Under the pieces are notes generated by a model that saw only the letters and a list, made by a program, of their open reading frames with translations, was not told the origin of the DNA and made no database searches. From Owenia fusiformis (Eukaryota): DNA of 64,000 bases. The position numbers and the translations under genes are program-made. The stretch is from contig CAIIXF020000001.1 in assembly GCA_903813345.2 (NCBI GenBank), positions 1,054,001-1,118,000 on the forward strand, given 5' to 3'. This document shows positions 34,420 through 48,000 of the stretch, in pieces (position 1 is the first letter of the stretch; each line of letters begins with the position of its first letter).

Positions 34420-37400
34420 GTGGTAGACTTTAATGAAAATGCATATGGTGCCAAATTAATTAATTTCTTGCAGGATACGAACTGTTGCATACTAAATGGG
34501 CGCAACTTCGTAAACAATGACTTTACTTATATTTCTACGTTAGGACATTCAGTTGTTGATTATTGCATTGTTCCTTACACGTCGTTGCCATTGTACAGTG
34601 AGTTCAAAGTTTTAACAATGTCAAAACAATGTGAGTCAATGGGAATTAATTCCGATGTTCAACTTCCAGACCATTCTCTGCTTTGTTGGAAATTCAAAGT
34701 TAATAGCAATGTTGTGAGTGAAGGTATTAACCCGAGTAGTCAAACTGGTAGCCAATCAAAGCACGACAAAACTTACCGTAAATATGACGTAAATGATATT
34801 CCCGCTAGTTTCATGTGCTCAGATTCTGTGATAAGTAAAATCAATAATTTGTTACAACAAATAGATCATGCGGAAAAAACACAGCTGTCACTGGATAATG
34901 TATACAGTAACTATTGTGAGGTTCTGACCAATGAAATGAATTCTAAGCTAAATTACAAGGATATTTCGCCAGGAGTAGGCGGAGCTAGGAAGTATTTTAA
35001 GCCAAATAAGCCTTTTTGGACGGATGAACTGACCAATCTGTGGACAGCGTATAACGAAGCTGAGAGAAAATGGCTTCGAGCTCCTCCCAATTCCCAGCAA
35101 AAACGAACACTAAAACATGAGTATGTAACTAAAAGGAAACAATTTGACATAGTAAAACGACGAGAAAAAAGGCGATATCTATATAATCAACACCAGGAAA
35201 TGATTAAAAATGTAACCCAGGATCCGAGGGCCTTTTGGAAGAAGATCGGGCAAATCGGAATTAACAGTGAAAAAAAACAATCTATACCTTTGCAAGTGTA
35301 TGGAGAAAACGGTGAAATCATAACCAATGAGGAAGATGTACTTGATAAATGGAGGACCGATTTCGAATCTCTACACTCGGTTGATTATTCTGGGAACTTT
35401 GATAATAATTTCTATGGCGAAGCAGTCCAACAAATGAGGACCGATAGTGTCCCTTTAAATAATCCGAACATTGATACAACTTTGCTGAATGATGGCATTT
35501 CCACTAACGAAGTACAAGCAGCGTTACAAGCAGCAAAACTTGGGAAAGCCGCTAGTTTTGATCGGATACAAATGGAATTACTGGTTAATGGTCAATCTGT
35601 TAAATTCTTTGCGTCTCTCTTCAAGTTTTGTTTCACTAACAAAATAGTGCCTTCAGAATGGAACAAATGTATTGTACACCCTATCTCCAAGGGTGCAAGT
35701 AGTGACCCTATGAAGCCCTTAACATACAGGGGTATAACTGTGACATCTTCAGTATGTAAGCTGTATAGTTGGATTCTTAACACTCGTTTAACCAAATTCT
35801 GTGCAGAAAACAACTTGGTTCATGACGAACAGAATGGTTTCCTAAAAGGTAAAAGTTGCCAGGACCATATGTACTCGCTATCATCAATCATTGACAACAG
35901 GCTTAAGGATAAAAAGAGTACTTTTGTTTGTTTCGTCGACGCCCAACGTGCATATGACAAAATCGATAGGCAGTTGCTGTGGTACAAACTTAGCCAACTG
36001 GGTATTTCTGGACAGTTTATGGGTGCCCTGAAGGCCCTATATAGGAATGTTAAGAGTTGTGTGAACATAAACGGAAGATTATCTGGGTTCTTTGATGTTA
36101 AGACTGGATTAAAACAGGGCTGTTTGGCTTCGTGCTCGCTCTTCAATCTGTACATCAATGACATTGTGGATGATATTAAATCCCTCGACCTTGGGGTAGA
36201 TGTTAATGGTGAAAAAGTGTCAATACTTCTCTATGCGGATGACATTGCACTTATCGGTGACTCCGAGGAATCCATACAGCAAATGTTAGACACTTTAGCA
36301 AGATGGTGTAGCAAATGGAGAATGACAGTTAACATCACAAAAACCAATGTAGTCCATTTCCGTCCTAAATCTGTGCAACGATCACAGTTTAACTTTATGT
36401 ATAACGACAATGCTATCAACGTATCAGACAAATACAAGTATCTTGGCCTTTGGTTCAACGAGCATTTAGACTTTACCCAGATGGCTACCTCTATCGCACA
36501 GGCAGCAAGTCGCGCTCTAGGTCTAGTAATTGCCAAGTACAAGGCAAATGGTGGTATGCCATTTAAGTGCTTTACAAGACTCTACGATAGTTTAGTCACA
36601 CCAATTTTGGAATACGGTGCAGAAGTCTGGGGCTTTAAGGAGTATGCATGTATTAATACTGTTTTTCACCGAGCCTGTAGAGCATTTCTTGGATTAGGCA
36701 GGTATACACCCAACCTTGCTGTCCAGGGCGAGATGGGGTGGACCTCACCATTTGAAAAACAGATGAAGAAAAACCATAAGTTTAACTTGCGACTTCAGTC
36801 CCTTAGCCACAATAGGTTGACCAACCGTATTTACCATTGGAATGTTTTACGTGCTAACAGTGGAAAGAAAAACACCTTATACCACCTGAGGCAGGTTTAC
36901 GATTCTCTCCAGGTTAATGATGACGACCCGGTGTCGGCGATTGTGTCACCTCTGGAACGTCAAATGCAGAACAACTGGCAAACAAGACTCTGGGACGATT
37001 CAAAGCGGCAACAAGGTCAAGGAAACAAACTCAGAACTTTTAGAACCTATAAACATGACATAAAAACAGAAAGATATGTTACATCAACGCTTTCTATCTC
37101 TCAAAGAAAGGCATTTGCCTCAATAAGATGTAGTGTAGCACCAATAAGAATAGAAACTGGTCGGTATGAAAGGCTGCCAGTTGATGAAAGGGTGTGTCCC
37201 TTATGTGATATTGCAATTGAACACGAAAGACATGTAATTCGAATTCTGAACTGTTCTCGTTATGAAGACATCCGTTTAGACTTGTATGCAAACGTTTCTA
37301 CTATTGTAACTGGTTTCATGAATTTAGATGAAGAGAGTAAATTTCAGTGTTTAATGTCTAATGACAGAATTTGTATTTTCACAGCAAAAGCCTGTGACCG

Positions 37401-37440
37401 GATGCTTAAGCGACGGGAACATTTTATTTACAAAACCTGA
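34420..37440 (+). CDS. LINE ORF2 remnant: reverse transcriptase (1006 aa open frame, N-terminal EN truncated)
   Basis: Stop-free frame with canonical RT motifs including YADD. The GTG start is an artefact of the MITE junction. Confidence 0.8.
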   Translation: MVDFNENAYGAKLINFLQDTNCCILNGRNFVNNDFTYISTLGHSVVDYCIVPYTSLPLYSEFKVLTMSKQCESMGINSDVQLPDHSLLCWKFKVNSNVVSEGINPSSQTGSQSKHDKTYRKYDVNDIPASFMCSDSVISKINNLLQQIDHAEKTQLSLDNVYSNYCEVLTNEMNSKLNYKDISPGVGGARKYFKPNKPFWTDELTNLWTAYNEAERKWLRAPPNSQQKRTLKHEYVTKRKQFDIVKRREKRRYLYNQHQEMIKNVTQDPRAFWKKIGQIGINSEKKQSIPLQVYGENGEIITNEEDVLDKWRTDFESLHSVDYSGNFDNNFYGEAVQQMRTDSVPLNNPNIDTTLLNDGISTNEVQAALQAAKLGKAASFDRIQMELLVNGQSVKFFASLFKFCFTNKIVPSEWNKCIVHPISKGASSDPMKPLTYRGITVTSSVCKLYSWILNTRLTKFCAENNLVHDEQNGFLKGKSCQDHMYSLSSIIDNRLKDKKSTFVCFVDAQRAYDKIDRQLLWYKLSQLGISGQFMGALKALYRNVKSCVNINGRLSGFFDVKTGLKQGCLASCSLFNLYINDIVDDIKSLDLGVDVNGEKVSILLYADDIALIGDSEESIQQMLDTLARWCSKWRMTVNITKTNVVHFRPKSVQRSQFNFMYNDNAINVSDKYKYLGLWFNEHLDFTQMATSIAQAASRALGLVIAKYKANGGMPFKCFTRLYDSLVTPILEYGAEVWGFKEYACINTVFHRACRAFLGLGRYTPNLAVQGEMGWTSPFEKQMKKNHKFNLRLQSLSHNRLTNRIYHWNVLRANSGKKNTLYHLRQVYDSLQVNDDDPVSAIVSPLERQMQNNWQTRLWDDSKRQQGQGNKLRTFRTYKHDIKTERYVTSTLSISQRKAFASIRCSVAPIRIETGRYERLPVDERVCPLCDIAIEHERHVIRILNCSRYEDIRLDLYANVSTIVTGFMNLDEESKFQCLMSNDRICIFTAKACDRMLKRREHFIYKT

Positions 37441-38570
37441 TTAACATGTTTTTACAAAAGTGTCTTATAGGCCCATAGGGGGCCTGGGGTGATTTTAACA
37501 GTGTACTATTGTTTTAAATATGTAATTGTATTTTAACTCATGACACTATAATAAAATTAAAATAAATAAATAAATAATTTAAATAATTTTGTAAACGTTG
37601 TTCTACAGGTGCCTTTTTTATAATTGAACAACAAAATTGAACATTTTGCATTTCTAAATTGGTAAGTTTCTTGGTATACAACGTAACGATTTAAGTCATT
37701 AATAATATTTTTCCTGAGTGATCCCATGAAAAATAAACAGTAACCGGGCCAATGTTTCATGTTCAACCTTGTTTTCATTACTTTTTAAACGTGAGTCGAC
37801 AATTATGTTGGAAATTGCAATTCCAAATGTCAGCGAGTCAACTCGTTTTTTTCACAATATATAGCCTTTTATCATGATAGTGATCTCCAAAAACTGAGAA
37901 ATGAGACGATATGTTTTTAAATATGTAAGCTATAAACTCAAACAAAAATTCAAACAAAGATGCTATCACTTTGGCTATGAGTATCAGAATGCAGGGTATT
38001 GGATTTTCAGCTAAACTGAAAAATTCAATATTAGTTAATGAAAATACAGAAACACACGTTTCTTTGCTCTATTTATATATTAAATTACATTTTTATACGT
38101 TAATTCACGTATTTATACATCTTTATTCGTCTCTTACCTATAAAAAACTACTCATTCAGGCCTGTATCCAGGATTTACCAGGGGGGGTCACTTTTTGAAA
38201 AATTCCAGGGGGGGTTCACTTGTGACAATTTTGGTCCAAAAAAGGCCAAAATCACTTAAAAAGTGCTCAGAATGGTGAAAATCTGCATGGTTTTTAAAGA
38301 ATTATTGGACAGGGGAGGGTGTGGAGGGTTCGCTCGACCCCCCTTGCTACATTTTATTATGTCATTGAACCATTACTTTTCTTAAGATCTTATGGCAAGA
38401 GCATGCTGGTAGAGCACAGTTTCGTCCTTTCAGTTATTTATTTCTAGATTTATATTGCGCAGCTGTAGATATTAATGAATATATCGTCCTTGTCAATTTA
38501 TGCCAGAACTACTTGCAACCGTCTATTAATTTAGATAGACACATCGTCCCATATCATATGAAAGTACAGA

Positions 38571-39030
38571 CTGGTACAAGTACATCACTGGTACACGTAC
38601 AACAACATATAATTGGTACAAGTGCATCACTGGTAGAAGTACATCACCATATAATTGGTACACGTACATCACTGGTACAAGTACATCACCATATAATTGG
38701 TACAAGTACATCACTGGTAGAAGTACATCACCATATAATTGGTACAAGAACATCACTGATACAAGTACATCACCATGGTACACGAATATCACTGGTACAA
38801 GTACATCACCATATAATTGGTACAAGTACATCACCATATAATTGGTACAAGTGCATCACTGGTAGAAGTACATCACCATATAATTGGTACAAGTACATCA
38901 CTGGTACAAGTACATCACCATATAATTGGTACAAGAACATCACTGGTACAAGAACATCACCATATAATTGGTACAAGTACATCACCATATAATTGGTAAA
39001 AGTATATCACCCCAGTGCAAATACATCACT
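38571..39030. repeat. Composite 17/25-bp minisatellite just downstream of the ABCG stop codon
   Basis: Monomers tggtacaagtacatcac (17 bp) and tggtacaagtacatcaccatataat (25 bp), mostly alternating as a 42-bp unit. Confidence 0.93.
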
Positions 39031-39071
39031 GAATTAAGCAAATCACACCAATCATAACCAGTGAAAGTTAA

Positions 39072-42000
39072 TCATCCTATTCTTGTTGATTTAAATCTCA
39101 GTATGAAATATGCAGTAGTCCTGCTTACTAATAGGATGCCAAACAGAGCTAGGTGCATTGCCCAAAGAGGCCAACCTATACTGATAGACTGCAGATACGC
39201 CGATTGGTCTATGCTAGTCACATTGGGGTTAAGGCACTCAGAAAATGAAGTCAGATTTCCTCTTGAACAACTGAAAAGATCAAAATGTTGAATAAGCTGA
39301 ATACAGTATGTATCCTAAATTAAATCACATATTATAGACCCACTCGGATAAACAATAATTCTATATTTGTATTATATGGATTTTGTAAATGTAAATATGA
39401 AATGGCCTCAAAGTTACTTACAAGATAGGAGCAGCATTTGTGAACTCATAAGTAATCTGGATGTTGTAGACGTAGAGCACAAATGAGAGATACTTGATCC
39501 AGTTGATCCAAAATGGGAGATTTACTGTATAAAAACCACCTAAAACACGAAATAATACACAGGATAAAATCTTAGTTTGCAAGGAGTGATTGTTAGTTTT
39601 CTTTACGGAAAATCACCTTGATCTATTCTTGATTGATCTGATCTAATTAGCTCAGTTGAATATAAAAGCATTTCATATTAGAAACAAATGTTAACTCGCC
39701 TGACAACAAACTGAAGAGCATAAATATAGTTCCAGCAACTAGGGCCATCTTAATGATTTTAAATGATACACCAATAGCAAGGCCAACCCCCTAAAAAATA
39801 AAAAATATCGAACTGTTAGTGGGTGAGCAAAAAGCGTAATCGAAACAAATGTTTACTCTATTACTCAGCATGGGTTCGTGTCATATTTAGAAATAATAAT
39901 AATAAGATTTTATTTCATATAAGGCCTCTGGCCCATTGTGTACATAGTATGTTTACAATAGTTTAATATTGGTTGCTTCAATAATTAATAGTGATAACTT
40001 CTTTAGGAGGATAGCATTTTTTGTTTTCATCAATTGGATGAATTGATCTGTGCTGTAGTTTTCTACAAAGGTAATGTCAAGACTTAATCTAATATTATGG
40101 TATCTAGGACACTTACACATTACATGGTACTCATCCTCTATTATTATGCTACAATATTTACACATTCTATTGTCTCTTACAATATTACGGTGTCTTCCGG
40201 TTTCAATTTCAAAACAGTGGTTCGAAACTCTAAATTTTGCTAGAGCTTTAATACATCTATATTCTAAATTACATAATAAATAAAATTCAGGCTCTAAAAT
40301 ATTTTTAAATTGCATATATGTATATAATTTGGGTCTTTCCCTGAGTTTCCCTAGCCAAGCTTGGCTGTACATATCCTGAAGTCTTTGCTTAAATATAAAA
40401 ATAAAATATAATTGGTTCCCTACACTTTGCTCAAACCATGCATGTCCAAATCCCAGTGAAAAAAGCAAATATTTGATTTTTGATGCCCAAGTTGTTTTTC
40501 CCGATTGATTCAGTTGATAAAGCATTGTATAGCATGATTTAGGATGTCTATGATTAGGCATTTCTGTTAATTTTATCCAGTATTTTATGGTTTTAAGCAT
40601 CTAAGTGGTACAAAGTGGAAGTCTGCCACATTCGCCTAATGCTGCTGCATCATTTGATTGTGGTCCCACACCTATATAATATTTACAAAATTGAGCTTGT
40701 GTACATTCAATTACATTACACCATTCATATCCCTACATCTCTGAACCATAGCACAAGATGGGTGTTACCATGGCATCAAACAGAGAGAACATAAGTTTAA
40801 GTGGTATTCTTCCACACTTTTGGTTAAGTTGTTTGAGTAAAATAATCGATTTCTTTGCTTGTGAAGCAAGCTGACTTTTAGCTGGAGACCAGGAGAGTCT
40901 TGTGGAAAATAGTATACCTAGATATTTATAATATGATATTTGTTCTATCTCTGCTCCTTCAAAATAAAATTTTTCATTTTGCCTGAGGGGACCACCATTC
41001 CTGAACACCATCACATTTGTTTTGGATAAATTTACTTTCATTCCCCATTTACGTGAAAAGCTACCTAAGGTATCAAGTTGTTTTTGCACATGTGGTACAG
41101 TGTTACCTATACAATTTAAGTCATCCACATAACACAATGCCATTATATTAGGGGAACCTTCTACAATATGGATTCCTTGGCAGTTTTGTTCCCTCGGCAT
41201 GTTAAAAAATGAGTTTACATACATAATGAACCACGTTGGGCTGAGTGAATCTCCTTGAAATATACCCTTTGTACATGGAAAAAAAATTGTAATTCCTTTT
41301 ACATGTTTAATAGTATGGATATCTTGCTCTATATTTACATTTATCTCGCATTTAACACAGCATTGAAGTTTACTGTACATCGATTGATATAGTTTTAACA
41401 CGTTGCCATGGATACCTGTAGTCATATTTAACACAAATGAACATAGTCTATGTCCTTTGATTTCACAAAGTTTGATTGGGCTTTTTTACAAAATGTGCTC
41501 CAAATACCGAAACATGCCAAGTTCCCAACGTTAACGGCTTTTATATTTGGGACTATTACAAAGATAACGCCTACCCTAATAACGTTAGAAGCATCAGAGA
41601 GTTGAGCAATAAGAGATTAGGCCTACAAGGAAGATACACAAGCCATACACAATATATTTGTGAGCGTTCGAACGACTTATAACGATGGGTTCAATGCCTC
41701 TAGACCAGACAAGCAGTTTGAGCATGTTTCTACCATTTAGAATAGACCAATAAAACTTGATGGATTGAAGGAACATTGAACACGGTTTAATTGTGCCAAA
41801 TAAGACCTTAAATGATGGGCTTAAATCCATGCTAAATGACTGAGTGATCAACATTTGCTTGGGTTACATTTTTGGCTCATCCCGTATTTCTTTTATATAA
41901 AACAGGTATTATATCACAACTTTCTCGGAGGATTTCTGGTACGAGTAGAAAGTCAATACTGCAAATTACAAGTTTTAAACCAAATGTGACACTTATTGCA

Positions 42001-45000
42001 ACGCCATTGTGTCTCGTATTAAAACAATACTAAATAAAATGTGCAATATTCGTTACCTGAGCTGCCAGTGCCCCAAGGATGACGACCGCTAAACAACCAA
42101 AGTAGCCAGTAACACCATTTAGTCCGGCCACCCAGAAAACAATGGTTACAAACACAATTGGCTGAGCAATCAACAACGGTGCTTCACTAGTCATTTTTGC
42201 AAAAAAATATGCCGAGAGTCTGTAAGCCCCACTTGATCGTTCCTTGCTCAGGATTGCTCGGTCCTCTGGGACTAAAATAAAACGAATTAGCAAAATTACA
42301 CAATAATATATAGCCAGTTTTGTTGTTAGCAATGCTTTCTTACTGGTTTCTATTCTGCATCAGAGTGAAGGAAGTAAATATTGCACAATAATGTAGTACA
42401 ATTTAGGAATCTTTTTTAAATACAACTTTGAGATTAGTATTATAACACTTTTTTTGTACGTACATCCAGTGATTGCATCGATGATAGAAAAGAAACCAAA
42501 GTAGATCGATGTGAAGAAAATCTACAAATAGAAGATACAATTTTGTATAATAGAATATATGCTTTGTAGAGTTGTATATACAGTTGAAAATATGAAAAAG
42601 ATCAAATGTTATGAAAATTAACTAGTATTAAAGTTTTAGCATTTGTGAATGCATGTATAAAAAGTCAAATGTAGCGTATGGTCGCCAAATACAGTTAATG
42701 AAATTGTAAAGAATTTGTGAATTTCTATCATTCTAGATAAAATTCATTAGTTTTTTTTACAAATAATTCATTTTTTACTCCAATCTCACCAGAATTTCAT
42801 TTTTTCCGTGAAGCTAAAAACGCATTCTTCTGAATATTATATCAATATTGTGACGTTTCAATGTGCTTTTGGAATATTTACATTGTAATGTAACGAATTC
42901 TAGAAAAAAGCCTGATTATCAGGTTTTGTGCATAAAATGGACTAGTTCATTAATATAAACTGATTAAAAATCTGTAAATTAAGACAAGTTGAGGATAAAA
43001 TTACTCATGAAAAGCTAAAGTTTGAGGATGTCATAATTAGTAAAAATTATGGATGTTTTAAATTGACAGCTTCTATTACTGGTAAACGTGGACATATTGG
43101 ACATCTTCTTTTACAGATCTCTTCATTATTAACGAGGAAAATATTTTCGTAGTGAATTGTGACATAACAATTTAGAATTATCATAATTTCTACAAAAATC
43201 ACAATATGTGACCTATAAATAAACCTTATTATTAAAGCCCATTAAATTCCTTTTGGTATGCTGCAAAAGGTTCGTCTATGTGATCTAAAGTATCTCTGCA
43301 CTAAGAATGATACAAAGTGTCCCAGTGTCCCGTCACTACAACGCCTGTTATGCGCAATAGACTTACTAAACCAATCCTGTCTCTTAATGTAACCTCCGTG
43401 CGTTCGATCTGGAACCAGAATAAACTGGCGAGAACAGCAAGGAACAACGTTTGGATAATATTGAACTTGGAAAGAATTCTGTCTTTAGCCTGGTAAAGAT
43501 TACGTTGTGTTAATACACTGTATTGTGTCCACCATGACGTCATCCATTTTTTGTCGTCATCCATCAAGTAATTCTCTTCCCCTCCCAGTGCATGCATTCT
43601 GCCATCTGAAATGTATGATTAATTGGTAATTCAATTACTTATACCTCAGTCTGTTTTAATCGAATTTAATTGCATTTAAAGCATCTTTTCTATTTGTGAA
43701 AAATTAAAGAACGAGTTTTGCAGTTTTGATATCAGTCAACGTTGCATCTTATTCATTTACATGCATTATATATTATTCAAACATGACCGATCTCTCTTTA
43801 AATTTCTCAACCAATCAGAATACAGTTATAGACATTTGTCTAAAATGGACAAAGAAACAATGTGAAACATGCCCCCACTTTCAAAAAGATTATTGTCATT
43901 CGTTACTATTACATTACCTTGTTCGGTATTTTGAATCTCTTTTATAGAGTCCATCTCAGTTGTAGCTTCCATTGTAAGTTTGACTTCATCAATGTTGTAT
44001 GCTTTATTGATGTGCCCATTTGATTTGTTATCACCCATGCGTGGCTGTTTAGACATGTAATTATGATGGAGTTCTACAGGCCAGTCTTCTGAATCCCTGA
44101 AACACAGATAAAAGGATTAAAACTTACATACAATTTCCACAGAATTATTTTGGCCTCTGACTAGGCCAATATACCAAATCACACAGTAGCAATTACTCTT
44201 TCATTTTCTACACCTACCTCAATTTGTTGGCAGCTTCAATAATTGTATCTTGGATTTCCTTTTCATCGCTGACTTTTTCTACTGGAATAATACATAATGA
44301 ATTTGATGTATAACAATTGATATACGACAGCATTCACAAGAAATAGAATCTGAAATGTAATAAACGCTACATTTGAACTTGCCATTTTTTAACTTACATA
44401 TAAAATCTGCAGGATTGTAGTTCATGGAACATTCTAGACCCAAAGATGAGAAAAAGGAAAGAATTTTACTTCCTTCACCAAAGTAAGCAACCTGAAAATA
44501 AGAGTAAATTGTAGGTTAAGAATTGTTTAAATAAAATTAATTATTATATCATTGCTAGAATTTGTGTCCTTTGATTGGCTGATTCAGTACCATGTGATCA
44601 AAAATACCAAAGCGTATTTCACACCTCCCTTAATTTTGGAATAATAAAAGACGTATTGCCCGGCGTATTGCCCGCCCGGGAATTCTGAATCGTCCCGTTT
44701 CGTCCAGTACAGTTGTGACGTGCATCAAAATGGCAGACGGAAAAAGATTTAAAAGTCTGAATTCCGATGAAAAGAACGACATCTTGAGGGATGTGCATTC
44801 TAAAAACACCATTAAATCAACGGAATGACATCTAATGTCTTAGAACATTTTCAAGTGTTATGTGGACGAAATAGACGTTAAATCTATCGATAAAATCGTT
44901 CTGGATGGAATTTTAGAGTTTTTTTTGAACTGCGAACGAAGGATGGGGAATATTACAAGAGTGCCTGTCTGCAAAGTAAGCGAATGTCTAGCAATGATAT

Positions 45001-48000
45001 AATAAAACAAATATTTCATTCTATGTTCGGGCAATACCTGTTGCACTTTCAATGATTTTTGCAGCATGTATTTCCCTCGCCCTCCGGGCTGCGGGCAATA
45101 CATGCTGCAAAAATCATTGAAAGATGAACAGGTATTGCCCTCCATAGAATGAAATATTTGCTTAATATCTATTATTTAAAAATATGTTTAGAGTCTGAAA
45201 AAGAAACATCAAAATATGGATCTTCCAATGTCAGGGGTTGGAAACGTGTAGAATATTTTCGTAGCGTTCGCATGAAATTCTGCGCCGTGTTATTCAAACA
45301 ACTAGGTATAGGTGTAGTTTATTTTGTCGTCTGTCAACAGTTTTTAGTACTTCCCATATGCTAATACGCTCATCACACTCCCGATACACCGAGGAAACAT
45401 TAAATGGTTACCATTTGACACCAGAGCAGGGTTAATCACAAAATTGTTGATGGATGGCTAGTTTATAACAATAGAATGTTTCCCTGGTGTACAGGGGACG
45501 TTATTTAGCAGGTAGGACAACTCTTCGAAACGTTCACAAACTACAAATAGAGCTAGACCTACCTGCTTTTCAAACAAAAATACACGCTTCACCCCCTGAA
45601 GGTAGAGTCAACTCACTTGTCCATTTGTTATAAGGAGTACCCTATCAAAGAGATGGTATATCTGGCTGGAGGGCTGGTGTATTGTTGTTATCACTGTCTT
45701 GTTGTTCACCTGTGTGTAACTCTTCATAATCTTCATCAGATTGCAAGCTGTGTTGGAGTCCAGGCCTGAGGTTGGTTCCTGATCATAAATAATTTCACCA
45801 CTTTTTTTTACTTGCACTAAGGAGAGTTGGATAATGTACCGTTTCTTAAGGCATGCGTATAAAACCTGTTAACTGATTTAACAATATTTGAAAACTAGAG
45901 CTAACCAAAAAGTTCAAAAAGGCCTTTAATTAAGTTTTGATCTCCTATTTAAGAACTCTTATTCTAACTATTGAAAATGGATTCTAGGAATACTCTCCCA
46001 AATGAATCTACTTGTTGAGAATCGATAAAGTTGAGTTCTGAGATAATGAGGATTTTGTATCTAACCCTATGGTGCCATACTGATTATATCCCGATGCTAA
46101 GTCATTAGTCAATCGTGCATAGCCGCCCCATGTTAAGTCAAAGCACCCTTGCCGGCACCCTTGGTGGTATCCCCATTGCAGAACTCAAGTTGATCGATAC
46201 TCAACAAGTAGATTCATGTGGGAGAGTATTGTTAGAATCCATTTTAATTGTAAGAATATGTTTTTTTAACAAGACATCGGGCTTGATTTTTAAAACTTTT
46301 ATTGGCTCTCAACAGCAAATCCAAACTACCTACATCTAAAAGCATTAGCATTGGGTCTGTCAATATCTCGTTTGCGATGTTCGCTCTCTTCTGCTCACCC
46401 CCAGACAATCCTCTTTGGAATATATCCCCTATTACTGGAATGAAGAAGAGCATTTTTAGACTCATTCCCGAAATATATCGAATGAAGAAGAGTAATTTTA
46501 GACTCATTCCCCAAATATATCCCCTATTACTGGAATGAAGAAGAGCAATTTTAGACTCATTCCCGAAATATATCCCCCATTACTGAAATGAAGTAGAACA
46601 ATTTTAGACTCATTCCCCAGAGGCACATCTGATATGAATTGCTCTACCAGATGCAGCGGGGAAAAATTGTGAATGAATTTCAATTCATACTATATTTCAA
46701 AAAATTAAGAATATTAGTACAAATTCTCTTAACAAAAATTTCTCCAAATAAAAAAACGTCTTACTTGTGTCCAAGCATTTCCTGAGGTCCAGTGCATCTA
46801 CTATTTCTTCGACTCGGTGGATCTTTTCCTTTTTTGACATTTCTTCAGGTAGTCGTAGTAAAGCAGTGTACTGTAAAATCATTTTTTATACATGCTCATA
46901 CAGTCATAACATTATAATATACGGATATTTTCATAATATATCACTATGATAGATTTTTAGTACAGTATACATGTACCATTTTAGATCACATGGTGAGCTG
47001 TTGCAATCACTCACTTGTCCGTCTGTCTGTCAACCATAGTAGCACGTTTTAATAGGATTCCCGTTTTACGTTATTTCTGTTCAACATCAATATAGAAAAC
47101 TCCCCTGTGACTTCTGGCTCAAAATCTCGCCTATTTTTAAAATGGCCGCCATTTTTGTCTCGCAAAATTCACTTTTGGACCATATGGTAGCTTTATTAAT
47201 ATTTTCAGGTGTCCTCCATTGTAAAAAATCATGTCAAATGTAAAGAGCAGTTGTATGAAATAATATTGTTACAAAAAATCAGCAAAAATTATATCCGTTT
47301 TTTTTATTTTCAGCCATTTTAGTTAACATTGATTTGTTCATCTGTCTCTCAGTCAGTCTACAATAGTGGCACGTTTTAAAACCTCCGTCTATAGGATTCC
47401 CGTTTTAAGTTATGTTTGTTCAACGTCAATTCAGAAAACCCCCTGTGATTCCTGGTTCAAAAGCTCGCCTATTTTCAAAATGGCAGCCATTTTTGTCGCG
47501 CAAAATTAACTTTTGGACCATTGGACCATTGGTAGGTTTATAAATAATTTCAGGTGTCCTGAGGCCTCATTATCATCTGGTCGCAACGCAACATCGCATG
47601 CGAATCGCATCGCAAGACATCGCAACGCAACTATTCCCAAAAATGTTATTATCATTCCATCGCATCGCAAGTCTGACGCAAAGTTATCGATTTTCTGATC
47701 GCAACTAAACAAAAAGTTGCGACGACGTTTACCCTGTCGCAAATCAAATCGCAAATCTAGTTCATCTTTCAGCGTTATTTTATCTATGTTAATGGATATT
47801 TTGTGGTGTTTTATATCGGTCATTTCACTACCTGTTAAGTATTAATCAATAGTATCGAAGAAATTGTTCAATTTTATTTATTTAATATGATTAAAATATA
47901 CATTTAATTGAGCCTGTAAATCCTTAAAAATCACGTTTGTTTCTAAATATTGCGAACGCATCACATACTGAAAACGTCTTAGATTGGTGCCTGCAATATT

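Larger units (their letters stand above)
34070..37580 (+). mobile_element. 5'-truncated RTE-X-like LINE (partial EN, RT, C-terminal CCHC-like finger), interrupted by a MITE
   Basis: ORFs 34070-34426 and 34420-37440 join in frame once the MITE is removed. Motifs: AYLPP, DCNSRTG, VVDYCI, PDHSLL, YRGIT, QNGF, GLKQGC, LLYADD, YKYLG, IETGRY...CPLC...H...C. 3' (TAAA)n tail at ~37550-37580. Confidence 0.9.

Noticed and set aside
34953-37291. Antisense ORFs within the LINE (also 8199-8387, 3699-3881, 40074-40283)
   Set aside because: Shadow frames of RT coding sequence with no recognisable motifs.
38513-38999. His-rich repetitive ORF (VHHHIIGTSTSL)n and overlapping ORFs
   Set aside because: Open frames arise on both strands from a 42-bp repeat and there is no splice or promoter support. 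It is better explained as a UTR minisatellite.
41594-41854. Candidate missing ABCG transmembrane exon
   Set aside because: The true exon is 39700-39790. This region is the antisense of a Tc1/mariner remnant.
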